A stretch of DNA of 64,000 nt, taken from assembly GCA_043228905.1 (NCBI GenBank), contig JBHGNT010000116.1:1-64000 (forward strand), given 5' to 3'. The notes beneath the pieces were generated by a model. It was not told the origin of the DNA. It searched no databases and saw nothing but the letters and a program-made list of their open reading frames with translations. A program made the translations under genes and the position numbers. Position 1 is the first letter of the stretch; each line of letters starts with the position of its first letter. Below are positions 59,932-64,000 of the stretch, piece after piece. This DNA comes from Azolla caroliniana (taxonomy: Eukaryota; Plantae; Polypodiophyta).

Positions 59932-62900
59932 GCGCGCGAGGGCACCAGCACCCTTGACAGGGCTATTGAGGCAATCATCGGTATGATCGACCGGTTCAGT
60001 GGAAAGGATGCCACGAGTTATTTGGCGTCCTACCGAGCGGAGATGTTGATGAGGGATATTCCGGAAGAGAGGCGTCTTGCCGGATTCCCTCGAGTGGCGA
60101 TGCCGGGTTTGCATGTGGAGGTGCTCGAGGTCCGGACGGAGAGCCGGACTTGGGAAGAGTTCGAAGGACGGCTCCTGGAGAAATACGGGCTGGATGACGC
60201 GCTTTGACTTTCGAAGCGAGGCTTCATGGAGTGGGTGGAGTCCCCCAACAAATGAAGAAATGCGTCGGCACTCCTCCAGGAGTTTGAGGATCACTTTGTG
60301 CGCCTTTCGGCGCTCGATCGGACCGTTCTGGACACAAGTCGTGTCCTACTGTTTGTCAAATCGGTTGACGCACATGATCGGGAGCAAGTGGGCTCCTTAC
60401 TGGAAACCGAAGACGGGCTGACGGCCGAGTGGGCCGCGGTAAAAAGAGTCTGCGGCCGTTTTGACAAACGGTGGGAGTGGGCTGATACAGGGGCGACCGG
60501 GGCGGGTCCTATCGCAGCAAGGAATCTCGAACCAATACCGCAGGCGCGACGGGAAGAGACCCGGGAGTGGCCCGAAACCGGTTCGGCTCCGACCGGCGTG
60601 TTCAGAGGCTCGTCCGGGGGGACAGCTTTGGAGGAGTTGACACGGGCGGTAAAGGATCTCCAGATCGCCCAGGCTCGGAGGGAAGGCGGCGATCAGGCTC
60701 GTCACCGACGGCCTCCGGCAGGAAATAGGTGCATGTGGTGCGACGAGGTCGGCCACATCCGGAAAGACTGCGGGGACTTTGCGGAGGCTTTGAGAAGCCG
60801 GGTAGTGTACCTGTGGGAAGGTCGGGTGCACGCCAGCGATACCCGGAGGGCCCTGAACCGAAACGACGGGCGAGGAGGAATGAAAAGGCTGATGGAAGAG
60901 GCGGCGGCCCGGTCGAAGAAAAGACGGGTTTCGTCGAAGCAGCTTGCCAGAACTATGAGGCTCTGGTTGAAGATAAACGGGTAGGTAAAACCGGAGGGGC
61001 CGGACCCTCACAAAGATACGAAACCCGATTCGGGCCGAAACGGAACGAGGCCGGTGAGTCTAGTGCCCGGGATAACCACAAGAAGGGCGGATACCGTTTG
61101 GGCACGGAGATCGAAAGGACCACGGACCTACGAAAGGTCCTGGAAGAACGAATCCTCGACAGCAAGGTGGAACTGTCGTTGCGGGAGGTGCTCGGAATCA
61201 CCAAGAAGGAGTTCCACGACTCCATCGTAGACTTGGTGAAGAGGAAGAGGCTGTCGACGAAGGCAGAACCGGAAAGGCCGGTGGAGGTGCGGACGACACA
61301 CATAGAGGACATGGCGCTGGAAGACGAGTGGGCGGACAACCACTATTCGAGGCCACACTGGGCCCGAGCGACCACAGAAACCCCGGTGAAGATCGAAGAT
61401 GTTCAGGAACCGGTGGTGGCGCTGGTGGACCACGGTTCGGAAATAAACCTGATGTCCATGGACTTCTACAAGAAGGGGAAATGGCCAATCAACACCAAGC
61501 ACGGGTGGAAGATACGGGCGGCGACGCGCGCCATCGAGGAACTACACGGGGCCTGCCCAAACGTGCGAGTCAAGATCGGCGACGTCGAGATAGACCAGCA
61601 CTTCTTCGTGCAGGAGACGTCCTCGCACCCGGTCATACTGGGAGAACCGTACATTATGGCAGCGCGAATGGAGACCAAGCTGCTGGACAACGGGTCGGCT
61701 TACGCGAGGGTCAAGAGTCAGGACATGCATCATTCTGTCCAGTTCCTAACGGTGCGACCGAACCACGAGTGAAACCGCGAGTCCCTCGGTGGCGAGAACC
61801 GAGAGGATTTTTAGAGAGGGCTATCAAGGCGTGGGGCCGCGACAGTCCGGACACTCCGGGAAAACCCCACAAATGCACGATAGAGGCGAAACCAAAGAAA
61901 CCTTGTACCATAAGAAGGAAGTTTTGTGGACCGGAAGGTAAGGCCAGTCACAGCACCCTTACCGGAGGGCAACGAGTTGCGAATCAAGGGGGTCGCGTCA
62001 GACCCCAGTTTACGAGATCCGGCCTGCATAGGACACGCCTTCACCAACAGAACGCTACGGGAGCTCAAAATCGGTGGGGGCGGGTTCCTACTACCGGCGG
62101 AAGAAGACCAGTTTCGGAGAATGCTCGGAAGGCATGGGAAAGCCTTCGCATTCTCACCGGGAGAGATCGGGTGCGTAGACCCGACGGTCGTGAAGCCGAT
62201 GCTGATATTCACGGTACCGCATGTGCCATGGAATCTCAAACCAATTCCGGTACCGAGAGCTCACATCCCGGAGCTGATGGAGCTGTTAAGGCAGAAAATC
62301 GATATGGGCATCCTCGAAACGTCGAGTGCCCCGTACTCGAACCGGTGGTTTACTGTACCGAAGAAGAACGGGACGTTGCGCTTCATTCAAGACCTGCAAC
62401 TGGTCAACAGAGTGACCATTCGAAACGCAGGAATCGGACCAACAATAGATGAGTTTGCAAAGGCCTTCGCCAGAAGGTCGATCTACTCGGTCGGTGATCT
62501 GTACTCGGGGTACGATCAGTTCCAACTAGCCGTAGAGAGCAGAGACATTACGACGATGCGGACTCCTCTCGGCCTAGTGCGGATGTGTACCCTGCCACAA
62601 GGAGGGACAAACTCGGTGGCCCACATGGTGAATGCGATGAACAAGGTGCTGAGGGATTGTATCCCGGACATCACCATGTCATTCTTGGACGACATCCCGA
62701 TCAAGGGATGTCCGGTGGAGAAAAAGGATGAAACGATCGGACCGGACGGATGCCGGAGATTCGTGGCGACACACATTGACGACTGCGAGAGGGTGCTGCA
62801 AAGGCTAGAGGACGCGAGGCTCACCTTCTCCGGGGAGAAATCGGCCTTCGGGCAATCAGAGATCATGGTCATCGGACATCTATGCGGACCGTATGGCCGG

Positions 62901-64000
62901 AAACCGTCTCCGGCAAAGGTGGAAGCCATCTCCGCAATGAAGCCCGACTGTAACTCGGTCACGGAGGTACGGAGGTTCTTGGGAGCATGCGCGTTCTACC
63001 ACATATGGATCCCGCACTACGCCCACGTTGTTGAGCCGCTATTTGAGTGGCGAGACGAGCATACGGAGTCGGTCCGAAAGATGAAGGAGGCTCTTGTTGC
63101 AGCTCCGGCACTCCGAAAGGCTGTCTACGAGAAAGGTACTCCCATCTACATAACGGTAGATACAAGTCCGACCGGGATCGGATGGGTCGTCAACCAAGAA
63201 GATGAGGACGGCATTCGGTTCCCAATCTGGTTCGGCGCGAAGGTCCTCAGCGAGCGACAGCGAGGATACGCCCAGGTTAAACGCGAACTCTGGGGTATCG
63301 TTTCGGCAGTGAAGGCCGATAAAGACTATCTGATCGGGACAGAGGTGATTATCGAGACGGACTGCCTGCCGATTCCCGACATGGTTTCCTGATGCGCAAC
63401 CCCGGACCTGGCAATGCTTAGGTGGATAGCGTACATCAAGTCCCTGGATTCGGAAATACGACACATTTCCGGGAAAGACAATGCCATGGCCGACATGCTT
63501 TCAAGGGCGTGATTCGACGACGAGGGCGGCATGGTTTCGGACGACGAGGAAGTCGGCGTAGACTTCTTCGATGCGGGTTACGTAACAACCGAGGGAGGGA
63601 GCACTCCGGCGCTTAACGATTTCGACGAGAGCAAGTACAACGGGGAGTGGCTGCAGATTGGGGGATTCTTGAGGACGATGACGTCGGACGCGTCATGGAC
63701 AAAGAACGAGGCCAACCGGATCCGGAAGAAAGCATACCGATTCTTTCTCCGGGGCGGATACTTATGGAAGCACCCGAAGAAGAGAAATGGCATCCCACTC
63801 CGAGTGGTGGCGATGGAGGAGGAACAGAAGGAGTTGTTGAAGGCCTACCACGACAACCCCTGGGCTGGACACCGAGGGACGTGGGCCACGTTCGAGAAAC
63901 TGAAGGGGAAGTACTGGTGGCCGGGACTGTACCGGGACGTCATCGATTCGTGACAACTTGTGAGATCTGTCAGATGCACTCCATAGTCCGACATCGGGAC
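59932..64000 (+). pseudogene. Element G gag-pol with deletions and stops
   Basis: CMWCDEVGH, LVDHGSEIN, FLDDIPIKG, HDNPWAGH; deletions near 60910, 61925 and 63040. Confidence 0.92.

Larger units (their letters stand above)
56407..64000 (+). mobile_element. Element G (Gypsy, tRNA-Trp group), runs off the window
   Basis: 5' LTR 56407-57057, PBS, Gag start 57075. Gag-PR-RT-RH-IN resumes at 59932. Confidence 0.9.

Overview
This is eukaryotic, gene-free, transposon-saturated DNA. It is most likely from a non-seed land plant such as a moss (inference from the element mix and a plant tRNA-Trp primer site). 1-11.4 kb: an LTR tip, a DNA-transposon ORF remnant, degenerate LINEs, and a hAT-like element with ~140-bp inverted ends that carries an L1 inserted in a (GA)n tract. 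11.4-46.7 kb: one six-level nest, LTR J > Copia > non-autonomous B > Gag-only D > autonomous-type E > F. It also holds solo LTR C inside D and an intact chromovirus with apparently identical LTRs (40500-46155) inside a B LTR. 47-64 kb: an L1 remnant > element I > (foreign filler > young Gag-only element H; element G > element D'). Elements B-J form one tRNA-Trp-primed, chromodomain-less Ty3/Gypsy group (Phygy-like, by inference). Main observations: (i) all 11 readable insertion sites of this group are 4-mers centred on CG, one of them deaminated to TG; (ii) the two youngest elements, from unrelated lineages, both carry antisense tRNA-like Pol III A/B boxes in U3; (iii) the chromovirus has a heat-shock-element array, a self-priming site, a -1 frameshift signal and 13 copies of TAGTACTA; (iv) Gag-only satellite elements share a repeated module and a covarying U5 hairpin despite unalignable LTR bodies. 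All of this was read by eye and no database search was run, so novelty is unverified.
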